Below, piece by piece: positions 39,298 to 48,841 of a stretch of DNA of 64,000 bases. Position 1 is the first letter of the stretch. Each line of letters opens with the position of its first letter. Source of the DNA: Yeguia hominis (GTDB lineage Bacteria; Bacillota; Clostridia; Oscillospirales; Acutalibacteraceae); the NCBI RefSeq assembly GCF_014384705.1, contig NZ_JACRSN010000003.1, forward strand, positions 125,113-189,112, given 5' to 3'. The notes under the pieces are model-generated. The model made no database searches, was not told the DNA's origin, and worked only from the letters and a program-made list of their open reading frames with translations. The position numbers and the translations under genes are program-made.

Positions 39298-39954
39298 ATG
39301 AGGAAAAATCAGATTCGGGAGCAAATCGGTAGGTCCAATCAGAATCGTGGGAAAAGCGCGTTTCGGCTTTTGCAGACTGGAGTGGTTCTTTTCGGAATGC
39401 TGCTGTTGTTAAACGGCTGCGGGATATTCATGACGCATGATCTGTTATTTAACGAGGATTCGAGTGCAGGAGAAAGCGCGGCTTCGGAAGAATCGGAGAT
39501 CGAAAAGCCGGAATCCAAAGCAGAAGCGAGCAGCAGCTCTACACCGGCGCCGCAGAAAACGCCGACACCGGATCGGTTTCAAGATTCGGTGGACCTGGAA
39601 TTTTACGCGGAAATGGGAGAGGATATCATCGGCTGTCCGGAGCTGACGGTTTCCGTTATCAATCATTCGGAATATGATGTGAAGGCGATTCAGTTTTATG
39701 TAATTCCTTATGATGTTTACGGAGAAAAAATTGACAGCTTCCTGACAACGGAAAAGCTCTATACTGATACCACCATACCGGCCGGAGAATCGAATACCTG
39801 CAGCTTTTCCATGCTGGATTCTTCGGTAAAAACCGTGAAACTGTATGCCTACAGTATCCTCTTTTCCAATGGGGAAGAGTGGGGAGACCGCAATGCAGTG
39901 AAAACTACGATTTTAAAGAAAGGGCTCTCCATCGAGGTCTCCGGAGAGGCATAA
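39298..39954 (+). CDS. Hypothetical lipoprotein
   Basis: Start MRKNQ behind GAGGAGAGG. Lipobox LLLNGCG. Ser/Glu-rich linker. Confidence 0.55.
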   Translation: MRKNQIREQIGRSNQNRGKSAFRLLQTGVVLFGMLLLLNGCGIFMTHDLLFNEDSSAGESAASEESEIEKPESKAEASSSSTPAPQKTPTPDRFQDSVDLEFYAEMGEDIIGCPELTVSVINHSEYDVKAIQFYVIPYDVYGEKIDSFLTTEKLYTDTTIPAGESNTCSFSMLDSSVKTVKLYAYSILFSNGEEWGDRNAVKTTILKKGLSIEVSGEA

Positions 39955-40096
39955 AAAAAGCCCCGCTGCAAAACGGAACAAGATGACCAGAACCTGTTCC
40001 GCACATGCGGCGGGACTTTTTGAATTTGAAATCGGGCATGAATAGAAAAAATTGCGGCGAAATTCGGTTTTCGGCAGGCGTGCTGCGGAGGACCAG

Positions 40097-41245
40097 CTAA
40101 AAAACCGTCTCGAGAAATTCCCGGACAAACGGCAGCGCAGCGCCGATTGCGTTTGGATTGGTACCGCAGCGGGCGCGTTTGATGAACTGCCGGTCTGTCG
40201 GAAATGCCGTCCGCGCCGCAACCAGACGATGCAGGGCGGCGAGATCTTCCGGCTGCAGATAGGCGGCGAGATGCCCGCCTAAAATGACATCGTAGTCGAT
40301 CAGCATGTGCAGGTTGTCGATGGCCAGCGCGAGATCGTGCAGATAACGGTCCCAGCGCGCAGCGGCAACCGCATTTCCGGCACGAAGCGCGCAGAAAAAG
40401 CGGTCGGCTTCCTCTGGCGTGGGCGGGGGATCGCGGTCGGGATCCTCCGAAAGCAGCGCGCGCATGGAGCAGTAGGTTTCCATGCAGCCGCATTTTCCGC
40501 AATAGCAGGGACGGCCGCCGGTTACGATGGTCATGTGTTCAAAAACGCCGCTTTTGAGCTCGTTCCCTTTGAGAAAACATCCGTCGACAATCAGCGCGCC
40601 GCTGAGATTGTTTCGGATGTGAAAAAAGATGGCGTTTTGAATGTCCGTATTCCAGAGTTCTGCGGTTGCCGCAGCCTCTGCGTCGTGAATCATACGGCAG
40701 GAATAGGGCAGATACCGGGTGAACCGGTCGATGGTCAGGCCGGTACAGCCGAGTATTTTGCCGTATGTGACGCGCGCGCCGTCAGAGGAGATGAGCCCCT
40801 GCAGCACAATGCCGATTCCGAGAATCCGTTCCAGCGGAAAGGCAAGTTCTCCGATGAACGTTTGCACAGCAGCGCAGACCTTGCAAAAATAGTCTTCCTG
40901 CATCGAAAACGGCAGCGGATGCTGTTCGGCGCGCAGGCAGACTCCGTAAAGATCGACGGCGACGATTTCATACCGCTCTGCGAGAAGCTCCAGTCCGACG
41001 GCAATTTTCGCGGAGGAAACAATGGAGAGCGCGTCGGCTTTTCTTCCGCCGGTAGAGGCAAAATATCCGTTTTTTTCAATCAGCTTCCGGTCGGAAAGCT
41101 CTTTGAGCGCCTGTGTCACGGTGGGACGGCTCAGCTGCAGCTGTGTGGAGATTTCCAGTTTGGAAGTCTTTTGCTGCTGATAGAGAAACTGATAGATGCG
41201 CCCGAGTGTGGTGCCGGTTCCTTCTGAAAAATTTTGCATAGCCAT
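40097..41245 (-). CDS. ROK family transcriptional repressor (NagC/XylR-like)
   Basis: N-terminal winged HTH (LSRPTVTQALKELSDRKLI), a ROK sugar-kinase-like domain and a CYCGKCGC zinc motif. Divergent from the ADH-dhaKL-rpiB cluster. Confidence 0.8.
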   Translation of the reverse strand: MAMQNFSEGTGTTLGRIYQFLYQQQKTSKLEISTQLQLSRPTVTQALKELSDRKLIEKNGYFASTGGRKADALSIVSSAKIAVGLELLAERYEIVAVDLYGVCLRAEQHPLPFSMQEDYFCKVCAAVQTFIGELAFPLERILGIGIVLQGLISSDGARVTYGKILGCTGLTIDRFTRYLPYSCRMIHDAEAAATAELWNTDIQNAIFFHIRNNLSGALIVDGCFLKGNELKSGVFEHMTIVTGGRPCYCGKCGCMETYCSMRALLSEDPDRDPPPTPEEADRFFCALRAGNAVAAARWDRYLHDLALAIDNLHMLIDYDVILGGHLAAYLQPEDLAALHRLVAARTAFPTDRQFIKRARCGTNPNAIGAALPFVREFLETVF

Positions 41246-41576
41246 TTCTCTTTTCTGCGATTCTCAAAAGTTCTTTTGCAGGAATTATACCATGTGAAAG
41301 ATAATTTGTACAGAACGGCGTTTTTTACAGAGAAAACACAGTGGTGAGAATGCTGTTTTGTAGAAAACGACAAAAATGCCGGAAATATTTTGGCGATGCA
41401 GCAAATTGACAAGGATTTCAATTTGTTGTGCCTTTATAGAAAAGTGAGTTCGAAAAAGAACACGGGCCGGTAACGGAAAGCTGTTTTGTGAAAAAATGGC
41501 GGACCGACGGCCCTAATGCGTCACTGCTTTTGTAAAGCTAGTTTACAAAACAAAACAGGAAAGTGAGGATTCAAAA

Positions 41577-42671
41577 ATGAGTGGATTACCGGAAAAAATG
41601 CGCGCAATTGTTGCCTATGCGCCTGGCGATTACCGCTTTGAACTGGTGGATACACCGCACGCAGGCGAAGGAGAAATGATTCTGAAGGTCGAAGCCTGCG
41701 GAATTTGCGCAGGCGATACCAAAGCGTTTAAGGGTGCGCCGAGCTTTTGGGGCGGCGACGGCAACCCGCCGTACATCAAAGCGCCGATGATTCCCGGCCA
41801 CGAATTCGTGGGACGCGTCGTGAAAATGGGACCGAACGTAAAGGGCAACTGGAAGATCGGAGACCGGATCTGCCCGGAGCAGATTGTTCCCTGCGGCGAG
41901 TGCATGTCCTGCAAAACCGGACGGCACTGGATGTGTGAAAAGCACGATCTGTTCGGCTTCCAGAACAATGTCAACGGCGGTATGGCCGAATATGTCCGCC
42001 TGACCAAAGAAGCGATTAATTATCTCGTACCGGACGATCTTCCGATCGAGAAGGCGATTCTGATAGAACCGTACGGCTGTTCGTATCACTGCGTCGAACG
42101 CGCGGGCATCGACGTCAAGGACGTTGTGGTGCTTTCCGGCGTCGGAACGCTGGGCCTCGGCATGGTCGGTGCCATCCGTCAGCGGAACCCGAAATGCCTT
42201 GTGGTACTCGATATGAAGGACGAGCGCCTGGAACTGGCAAAGAAATTCGGCGCGGACGTCGTGATGAACCCCGGAAAAACAGACGTCGTCAAGGCAATCA
42301 AGGAAATGACAGGCGGCTACGGCTGCGATATCTACATCGAAGCAACCGGCCATCCGGCAAGCGTGCAGCAGGGCCTCGAAGCGATCCGCAAGATGGGCAC
42401 CTTTGTAGAGTTCAGCGTGTTCGGCGATCTGGTCAAGGTGGACTGGAGCATCATCAGCGACCGCAAAGAACTCAACCTGCTCGGTTCGCACCTGAGCCCG
42501 TACTGCTATGACACGGTCATTGAGTGGATTGCAAACGGCAAACTGCCGACCGAAGGCGTGGTTACGCACAAATTCCCGCTGGAAAAATGGGAAGAGGGCT
42601 TCCATCTTGCAACCACCGGCGAAGGCGGTGCGCTTAAGGTCATTCTCGTTCCTGATATGAAAGCAGAATAA
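41577..42671 (+). CDS. Zinc-dependent alcohol/polyol dehydrogenase (MDR family)
   Basis: GHEFVG catalytic zinc site, CGECMSCKTGRHWMC structural zinc site, and GVGTLGLG NAD-binding motif. Confidence 0.85.
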   Translation: MSGLPEKMRAIVAYAPGDYRFELVDTPHAGEGEMILKVEACGICAGDTKAFKGAPSFWGGDGNPPYIKAPMIPGHEFVGRVVKMGPNVKGNWKIGDRICPEQIVPCGECMSCKTGRHWMCEKHDLFGFQNNVNGGMAEYVRLTKEAINYLVPDDLPIEKAILIEPYGCSYHCVERAGIDVKDVVVLSGVGTLGLGMVGAIRQRNPKCLVVLDMKDERLELAKKFGADVVMNPGKTDVVKAIKEMTGGYGCDIYIEATGHPASVQQGLEAIRKMGTFVEFSVFGDLVKVDWSIISDRKELNLLGSHLSPYCYDTVIEWIANGKLPTEGVVTHKFPLEKWEEGFHLATTGEGGALKVILVPDMKAE

Positions 42672-42684
42672 GGAGGATATCACA

Positions 42685-43680
42685 ATGCAGCGTATTTTAA
42701 ATAATCCGGACAATATTGTCGATGAGATGCTCAAAGGCTTTTTGAAAACACATTCTGATATTGTAGAAGCAACAGAAAATCCCCGCGTTGTCAAAGCGAA
42801 GGGCGTTCCGGCGGATCGGGTCGGCGTGGTGACCGGCGGCGGTTCCGGACACAAGCCTGCGTTTGTCGGTTATGTCGGTGAAAATCTCTGCGATGCAGCG
42901 GCAGTCGGCGAGATTTTCTCTTCTCCGACAGCGGCGGCGTTCCTCGACGCGTTCAAAGTTGCCAACAGCGGAAAGGGCGTTGCGTGCCTGTACGGCAACT
43001 ATTCCGGCGATAACATGAACGTCAAGATGGCGGTGAAAATGGCCAAGAAAGCCGGCATCGAAGTCAAAACGGTCATCGCGAACGACGACGTTGCTTCCGC
43101 GCCGAAGGATCAGCGCGAAAAACGCCGCGGCGTTGCGGGCGAAATCCTGATGTGGAAGGCTGCCGGTGCAAAAGCGGCGACCGGCGCGTCTCTCGACGAG
43201 GTGATCGCGACCGCGCAGAAGGCAATTGACAACACGCGCAGCGTCGGCATCGGCCTGACGCCCTGCACACTGCCGGCAGTCGGACATCCGAACTTTGAAA
43301 TCAAAGAGGGCACCATGGAAGTGGGGATCGGCCACCACGGAGAGCCGGGCGTAGCGGTTTGCGCATTGGAACCCGCCGCACAGATGGCAAAGCGGATGGT
43401 GGATATCGTGGTTCCGGATTACCCGTTTGAGGCCGGCGACGAAGTTGTCGTGCTGGTTTCCGGTCTGGGCGCCACGCCGGTTATGGAGCTGTATGTTCTC
43501 TATGATGAGATCGACAAGCTCCTGACGGAAAAAGGCATCAAGACGCACCGTGCATATGTCGGCAACTACTTTACTTCGCTCGACATGATGGGCGCTACGC
43601 TGACGGTGATGAAGCTGGACGAAGAACTCAAAACGCTGATGGACGCGCCTTGCTACAGCATGGGCCTGAAGCAGAAATAA
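42685..43680 (+). CDS. dhaK: Dihydroxyacetone-kinase family, DhaK (substrate-binding) subunit
   Basis: Dak1 domain with the GGGSGH motif. Confidence 0.85.
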   Translation: MQRILNNPDNIVDEMLKGFLKTHSDIVEATENPRVVKAKGVPADRVGVVTGGGSGHKPAFVGYVGENLCDAAAVGEIFSSPTAAAFLDAFKVANSGKGVACLYGNYSGDNMNVKMAVKMAKKAGIEVKTVIANDDVASAPKDQREKRRGVAGEILMWKAAGAKAATGASLDEVIATAQKAIDNTRSVGIGLTPCTLPAVGHPNFEIKEGTMEVGIGHHGEPGVAVCALEPAAQMAKRMVDIVVPDYPFEAGDEVVVLVSGLGATPVMELYVLYDEIDKLLTEKGIKTHRAYVGNYFTSLDMMGATLTVMKLDEELKTLMDAPCYSMGLKQK

Positions 43681-43692
43681 GGAGGAGTAGGC

Positions 43693-44331
43693 ATGGGCGT
43701 ATTTCACAATGCGGACGGAAAACCCGTTCTGCTCAAAATGGTGGAGGCCATTCAGGAAAACAAAGCATATCTCGGCGAGGTTGACGGCCTGATCGGCGAC
43801 GGCGACCACGGCATGAATATGAATAAGGGTTTTACGATGTTTGGCGAGCGCATTGCCGGCGAGGAGATTTCCTTTACAGAAGGCCTTGATACCCTCGGAA
43901 CACTGCTCTTCTCGGAAATCGGCGGATCGATGGGTCCGATTTACGGAACGATCTTTATGGATATGGCAGAGGCCGGCGAGGACTTCGACGAGATCGGCGC
44001 GGCAGAACTGGAAACGATGCTCGGCGCAGGCATGGACGGCCTGTTTGAGATTGTGGACGCGCGCGTCGGCGACAAGACGCTTGTCGACACGCTTTCTCCG
44101 GCGAAAGATGCGCTGCACGCGGCAGCAGAGAGCGGCAAACCGTTTTCTGAGGCGCTTTCGGACATGAAGGCGGCCGCTGCTGCGGGTCGCGATTCGACGA
44201 AAGATCTCGTTGCGAAATACGGACGTTCCAGCCGTCTCGGCGAACGTTCGCGCGGCGTGCTGGACGCGGGGGCAACCTCGTGCTGCATCATCCTGACCGC
44301 AATGGCGGACGGCATCCAGGCACTGCTGTAA
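43693..44331 (+). CDS. dhaL: Dihydroxyacetone-kinase family, DhaL (nucleotide-binding) subunit
   Basis: Dak2 domain (DGDHGMNM). Confidence 0.85.
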   Translation: MGVFHNADGKPVLLKMVEAIQENKAYLGEVDGLIGDGDHGMNMNKGFTMFGERIAGEEISFTEGLDTLGTLLFSEIGGSMGPIYGTIFMDMAEAGEDFDEIGAAELETMLGAGMDGLFEIVDARVGDKTLVDTLSPAKDALHAAAESGKPFSEALSDMKAAAAAGRDSTKDLVAKYGRSSRLGERSRGVLDAGATSCCIILTAMADGIQALL

Positions 44332-44352
44332 GAGAAAGGAACCTGAAACGAT

Positions 44353-44811
44353 ATGCGGAAATTTGTAATCGGCTGCGACAATGCAGTTGTCGAAATGAAG
44401 GACACGCTCAAAGCGTTTTTGCAGAAGCAGGGCGCGGAAGTGGAGGATGTCGGGTGCTTTTCTTCGGATGACCCGACCAACTATCCGACCATTGCAGAAA
44501 AGGCCTGCAACCTGATTGCGGAAAGCGGCTTTGAGAAGCGCGGTGTGCTGGTTTGCGGAACCGGAATCGGCATGTGCATGACGGCCAATAAGTGCAAGGG
44601 CATCCGTGCAGCGGTCGGACATGATATTTTCTCCGCACGGCGGTCGATTTTGAGCAACGACGGCAACGTGATCTGCTTTGGCGCGCGGGTAATCGGGCCG
44701 GAGCTTGCGAAAGCGATCCTCGGCGAATGGATGACGCTCGAATACATGGACGGACCTTCCACCCCGAAGGTGCAGGAGATCATCGCGCTGGAAGAACGCA
44801 ACATGCGCTGA
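44353..44811 (+). CDS. rpiB: RpiB/LacA/LacB family sugar-phosphate isomerase
   Basis: GCDNA, CGTGIGM and catalytic-region motifs of RpiB-type isomerases. Confidence 0.8.
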   Translation: MRKFVIGCDNAVVEMKDTLKAFLQKQGAEVEDVGCFSSDDPTNYPTIAEKACNLIAESGFEKRGVLVCGTGIGMCMTANKCKGIRAAVGHDIFSARRSILSNDGNVICFGARVIGPELAKAILGEWMTLEYMDGPSTPKVQEIIALEERNMR

Positions 44812-44908
44812 GCATGTGCCGTTCAAAACGCCAGTTACACATCGATTGATAGCATCCGGCGGTTTCTGCCTTATATTGCGGCAGAAATCATCTAACATCT
44901 CCCAAAGG

Positions 44909-44965
44909 AAAAGCCACCGCTTCGGCAGATTTGAAACTGCCCAGAGCGGTGGCTTTCCTGTTTTG
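44909..44965 (+). terminator. Strong Rho-independent terminator downstream of rpiB
   Basis: AAAGCCACCGCT ... AGCGGTGGCTTT 12-bp stem followed by CCTGTTTTG. Confidence 0.75.
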
Positions 44966-45307
44966 AAAACGAAAGAAATTTCAATCGCATGTTTTTTGTA
45001 TAGCCGCTTTTGCAGACACGAATTCTTTCGGCGTTTTAAAAACCGAAACGCACAGGAAAAAGGCATCCTTGTCCTGTGTCAGATGAATTTCTCAAGGCAA
45101 ATCGGAAAGGAACCTTTCCTTTCAAATGGGGAAAAGGTGATGCAATCAAGGCGCATGTCAGGGCGGCAGAACCGCGGCTTTTGCCCAATCGGTATCATTG
45201 AGATCCGGCGTGCCTCGGCGCCGCAGACGCGCTTATCCCGATGGATGAAAGCCTAGAAAGAAAGTCCACGGAAGAAAGCCCGCAGATGGGAAACCCGCGA
45301 AACGCGG

Positions 45308-46720
45308 TTAGTCCTCGTTTTCGCGGAGCGCATCGATGTCGGTTCCGGGTCCGACTTTATAGAGTGGAGCAACTTCGCTGTAGTAGGAGTCCGGCAGATC
45401 CTCGCGCCGGACTTCCTCGCCGTTTTTATAATAAATACGCCAGGCAACCGCCTTAATTCCTTCATATCCGGTGCGGTCAAGCTCGACCTCGCCTTTTTTC
45501 AGGCTGTCGTCCTCTTCGTATTCGGCGTCCGGCATGGGGATGGTCTCCGTGCGTTTGCTGCCGACTTCAATCTCGTCGAATTCGTCGGTGATGTACCCGT
45601 AAATCGTGGCGGTCAGACGGTTGTCCTCCATGGCGGCGGAAAGATAAATCGGATACGCGGTCACATTTTGCAGGCGGAGATCGACATAAGGATAATCGAC
45701 CGTCGCGTCAAGGCCTTCCGGCGCATAGGAGGACGGCCGCAGGTGGCAGTACCGCTCAATGATGGCCATATTGGCGCGCAGGGCACAGCCGTAGATGGTG
45801 GTGGCAGCCTGACAGATTCCGCCGCCGCTTTCCTGAATCAGCTTGCCGTCTTTCCAAGCGCCTGCCGGAAGCCATCCCAAGCTTTCGTCCATGCTGTTGC
45901 CGACAAATTCATGGAAGGAGAAAATTCCGCCGGCCGGAATGGTTTGCCGGTCGAGAAGCCCCATCGCCTTTTTCATGTTCTGGTTGGCGTTTCCGCCATT
46001 GGTGGATTCGGTCGAAAAGCTGGCAACCTTACCGGTTTTGGCCTGAAGCGATTCCAGCGTTGTGGTAAACGGAACCGCGGAGACAGGAACCTCGATCTCT
46101 CCGCTGTGCGTGTCCGATTCCAGCGTTTGAATGATGGCAGCTTCGAGCGCTTCCGTATCAACTGCGCGTCCGTCTTTGCCGTCGGTATACGTAAAGGTCA
46201 GCGTGTCGAAATCAAAGTCTGCGATATCCGGTTCAACCGGATCCTCAGAAATGTTCTCTGCAAATTCGGCAATTTTGCTTTCCAGCATGCCGTAGCGCAG
46301 AGTCGGCGTCAGCGTATAGGTTTTGCCGGCCGGTGTGCCGTCCGATGCGAGCGCTTTCGGGTAGGTGTTGCTGTAAACGGCGGCCTCCTGAAGGACTTCG
46401 TCGGTATTGAATTCGATCACGAGATCAGAAGCGGTAACCGTAAGGGTCTCTCCGCCGTAAGACGCTGTTACCCGGTAGCGTTCTTCGAGTTCCGCCTCTG
46501 CTTCCGAGAGGGCGCGTTTTGCCTCTTCTTCGGTCATGCCGGAAAGATCGACGTCGGACACGAAAATGCCGGCGGCATACGTGAACGCTTCGGAAGAATC
46601 AGACGGTGCCGACGCAGAACCGGCAGAATCTTTTTCGAAAATGGCGCAGCCGGAAAGCAGGCAAAGCGCACAAATCAGAGACAATGCGGCAAAAAAACGG
46701 GCGCGAAGACGACGGGTCAT
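45308..46720 (-). CDS. VanW family lipoprotein
   Basis: Lipobox LLSGCA. VanW-domain core (GGGICQAATTIYG). C-terminal G5-like region. Confidence 0.75.
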   Translation of the reverse strand: MTRRLRARFFAALSLICALCLLSGCAIFEKDSAGSASAPSDSSEAFTYAAGIFVSDVDLSGMTEEEAKRALSEAEAELEERYRVTASYGGETLTVTASDLVIEFNTDEVLQEAAVYSNTYPKALASDGTPAGKTYTLTPTLRYGMLESKIAEFAENISEDPVEPDIADFDFDTLTFTYTDGKDGRAVDTEALEAAIIQTLESDTHSGEIEVPVSAVPFTTTLESLQAKTGKVASFSTESTNGGNANQNMKKAMGLLDRQTIPAGGIFSFHEFVGNSMDESLGWLPAGAWKDGKLIQESGGGICQAATTIYGCALRANMAIIERYCHLRPSSYAPEGLDATVDYPYVDLRLQNVTAYPIYLSAAMEDNRLTATIYGYITDEFDEIEVGSKRTETIPMPDAEYEEDDSLKKGEVELDRTGYEGIKAVAWRIYYKNGEEVRREDLPDSYYSEVAPLYKVGPGTDIDALRENED

Positions 46721-46867
46721 CAGGCGGCCTCCTTTGCAGTTTCAAATAAAAGCATGTTACTGTTATTATAAGCATATTTTTGCCTTCTGGAAAGGAAGGT
46801 TACACAATTTTAATCGAATTGTAATGAAAAACGAAAATTTTTAGCTTGCACAAATCAAAAAAGAGGC

Positions 46868-46896
46868 TTGACAGGATAGAAAAACCATGATATGCT
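46868..46896 (+). promoter_or_regulatory. Sigma-A type promoter of the DUF2325 operon
   Basis: TTGACA-17 nt-TATGCT with TG at -14 (tgaTATGCT). Confidence 0.6.
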
Positions 46897-46905
46897 AACA
46901 ACACG

Positions 46906-46989
46906 AGTTAGATAAAACTAACCAAAATAAAAATGCAGAGCAATGTGCGTTGCATTTCTTTTTTAATCAGGAGTTAGCGCAAACTAACT
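46906..46989 (+). promoter_or_regulatory. Leader with two AGTTAG-N6-CTAAC palindromes flanking a terminator-like hairpin
   Basis: AGTTAGataaaaCTAAC (46906..46922) and AGTTAGcgcaaaCTAACT (46972..46989). Between them lies AAATGCAgagcaatgtgcgtTGCATTT followed by TCTTTTTT. Confidence 0.5.
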
Positions 46990-47007
46990 AGCAAGGAGGA
47001 TGAACGG

Positions 47008-47298
47008 ATGAGCGTAGTCATCGTTGGCGGAAACGAGCGGATGGTCTGTCAATATGAAGATATTTGCCGGCAGCACGGATGCCGGGCAAAGGTGTTTGTA
47101 AAGGAAAGCGGCGCGCTGAAAAAGAAACTGGGATGTCCGGATCTTCTGATTCTGCTGACCAATACGGTTTCCCATAAAATGGTTCTGAGCGCTGTCGGTG
47201 AGGCAAAGCGGAACAACATTCCGATTGCGCGGATCCATTCGAGCAGCGCGTCCGCACTGCACAATCTTCTGTGCGGCTACTGCGGCGGGAGGGGATAA
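47008..47298 (+). CDS. DUF2325 domain-containing protein
   Basis: Small conserved protein (MSVVIVGGNERM...). GGAGGATGA SD. Confidence 0.6.
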   Translation: MSVVIVGGNERMVCQYEDICRQHGCRAKVFVKESGALKKKLGCPDLLILLTNTVSHKMVLSAVGEAKRNNIPIARIHSSSASALHNLLCGYCGGRG

Positions 47299-47301
47299 GC
47301 A

Positions 47302-47874
47302 TTGGGAGAGCTTTTGGTGCGGTACTGTGCGCCGACCCTGGCAGGGCTCAAGACCGGAAGCCTTTTTAGCGTTTCGGCATCCTCTCCGGCAGCGCTTGCG
47401 CGTGAACTGCGGGATTGGAACCGACGGCTGAATGCAAAAGATGTGGCGATTTGCGCGCTTCGTCTCCGGCAGGGGAAGGCGCTGATTTATGTCTACCGCA
47501 AAGCGATGCTTGCGCAGGATTTGCAGAAAAAGGACGTACAGGCGGTGCTGCAGAAAGCAAAATATTCCGGATTTTCCGATCACCGGTGGATGCTGCTGCA
47601 GCTTCGGGAACGAATTTTGCATGCAGAGGGCTTTCCGCATGAAATCGGACTGTTCCTGGGATATCCGGCGGAGGATGTCCGGGGCTTTATGGAAAAGAAG
47701 GGCAAGGACTGCCATCTGGTCGGATGCTGGAAGGTGTATGGCGACGCGGCATGTGCCGAGCGCCGGTTTGCCCGATATCAAAAATGCAAACAGGTCTATT
47801 TGCGCCAGTTTTCGGATGGCCGGTCGGTGGAGCAGCTTACCGTTGCATTCCGCAGACCGCCGAAAGCGGTGTGA
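47302..47874 (+). CDS. DUF3793 family protein
   Basis: Conserved-hypothetical family, co-oriented and tightly spaced with the DUF2325 and flavodoxin genes. Confidence 0.55.
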   Translation: MGELLVRYCAPTLAGLKTGSLFSVSASSPAALARELRDWNRRLNAKDVAICALRLRQGKALIYVYRKAMLAQDLQKKDVQAVLQKAKYSGFSDHRWMLLQLRERILHAEGFPHEIGLFLGYPAEDVRGFMEKKGKDCHLVGCWKVYGDAACAERRFARYQKCKQVYLRQFSDGRSVEQLTVAFRRPPKAV

Positions 47875-47910
47875 CAGAGATATATTTCAGGAAAAGAGGT
47901 CATGAGAACA

Positions 47911-48332
47911 TGAAAGCAGCAGTTGTTTATTGGAGCGGTACGGGAAATACAGAAGCGATGGCGAATGAAGTGGCACAGGGGTGCCGTGCAGCAGGCGCAG
48001 AGGTCGCAGTGTTGCAGGCGTCGGAATTTTCGGCAGACCAGATGGATACCTTTGACGCGGTAGCCTTTGGCTGCCCGTCCATGGGGGATGAGCAGCTTGA
48101 GGAAAGCGAGTTCGAGCCGATGTTTCAGAGCTGTGAGGAGAAGCTGTCCGGAAAGCGGATCGTGCTGTTTGGCTCTTACGGATGGGGAGACGGCGCGTGG
48201 ATGCGCGATTGGGAAGAAGCCTGCAAAGCGCAGGGTGCAGATTTGGCGGCGGATTTTGTAATCTGCAATGATGCGCCGGACGAGGACGCCTGCGCGGCCT
48301 GCAGAGCGCTTGGCGCAGCGCTGGTCGGATAA
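47911..48332 (+). CDS. Flavodoxin (short-chain)
   Basis: Start MKAAVVYWSGTGNTE (FMN phosphate-binding T/SGTGNTE loop). About 140 aa. The ORF-track extension to 47724 is not credible. Confidence 0.85.
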
Positions 48333-48841
48333 CCGAACCGCAATCCATTTTTATAAACCCAGACCCGCCGGCGGAGTTTCTCTCTGCCAGGCGGGCTTTT
48401 TGTGATTTTGGTCTCTCACTTTTTTAAGAAAGGCCTGTTCCGAAATGATCCTCTTCCGGATCTTTACGGTTGGAGACTGGCGGAAGAGATGCTTTGAAAT
48501 CGGCCCCGGCTGGCTTACGGTATGGCGGCTTCTGAACTCGCTTCCCGTCAGGGCGGTTCTGACTGCCTTGATGCGAGAATCATTCGGAATGAAACGGTTT
48601 TTTTCGAAACGAAATGTTTTTATTTTTTTCTTGAAATTTGGGAAATCGGTGTTTTTCCTGCAAAAAAGCTGTTATGATAAGCGCAGAACCAACACATACT
48701 GTAAAAAAGAAAGCCTTTGCCCGGAATCGTTGCAAAGAAGGAATCAAACGGGCAGGTTTTACGGCAAATGGGTGTTCCGCACGTTTCGGAGAATTTTGAA
48801 AACGCAGGAATCGTGCCGAAAATTACGGGAATGGAGACGTT

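Noticed and set aside
42697-45066. 789-aa ORF on the minus strand
   Set aside because: It is entirely antisense to the dhaK, dhaL and rpiB genes, which have clear family motifs. Its composition is Arg/Ala-rich, typical of spurious open frames in 60% GC DNA. It has no SD.
44972-45307. Candidate 38-aa ORF (MQSRRMSGRQNRGFCPIGIIEIRRASAPQTRLSRWMKA) and hairpins in the rpiB-vanW gap
   Set aside because: A short Arg-rich peptide with only a moderate SD and no conservation evidence. The hairpins are adequately explained as convergent-operon terminators.
45668-46771. 367-aa plus-strand ORF
   Set aside because: Antisense to the VanW lipoprotein gene. Arg/Gly-rich.
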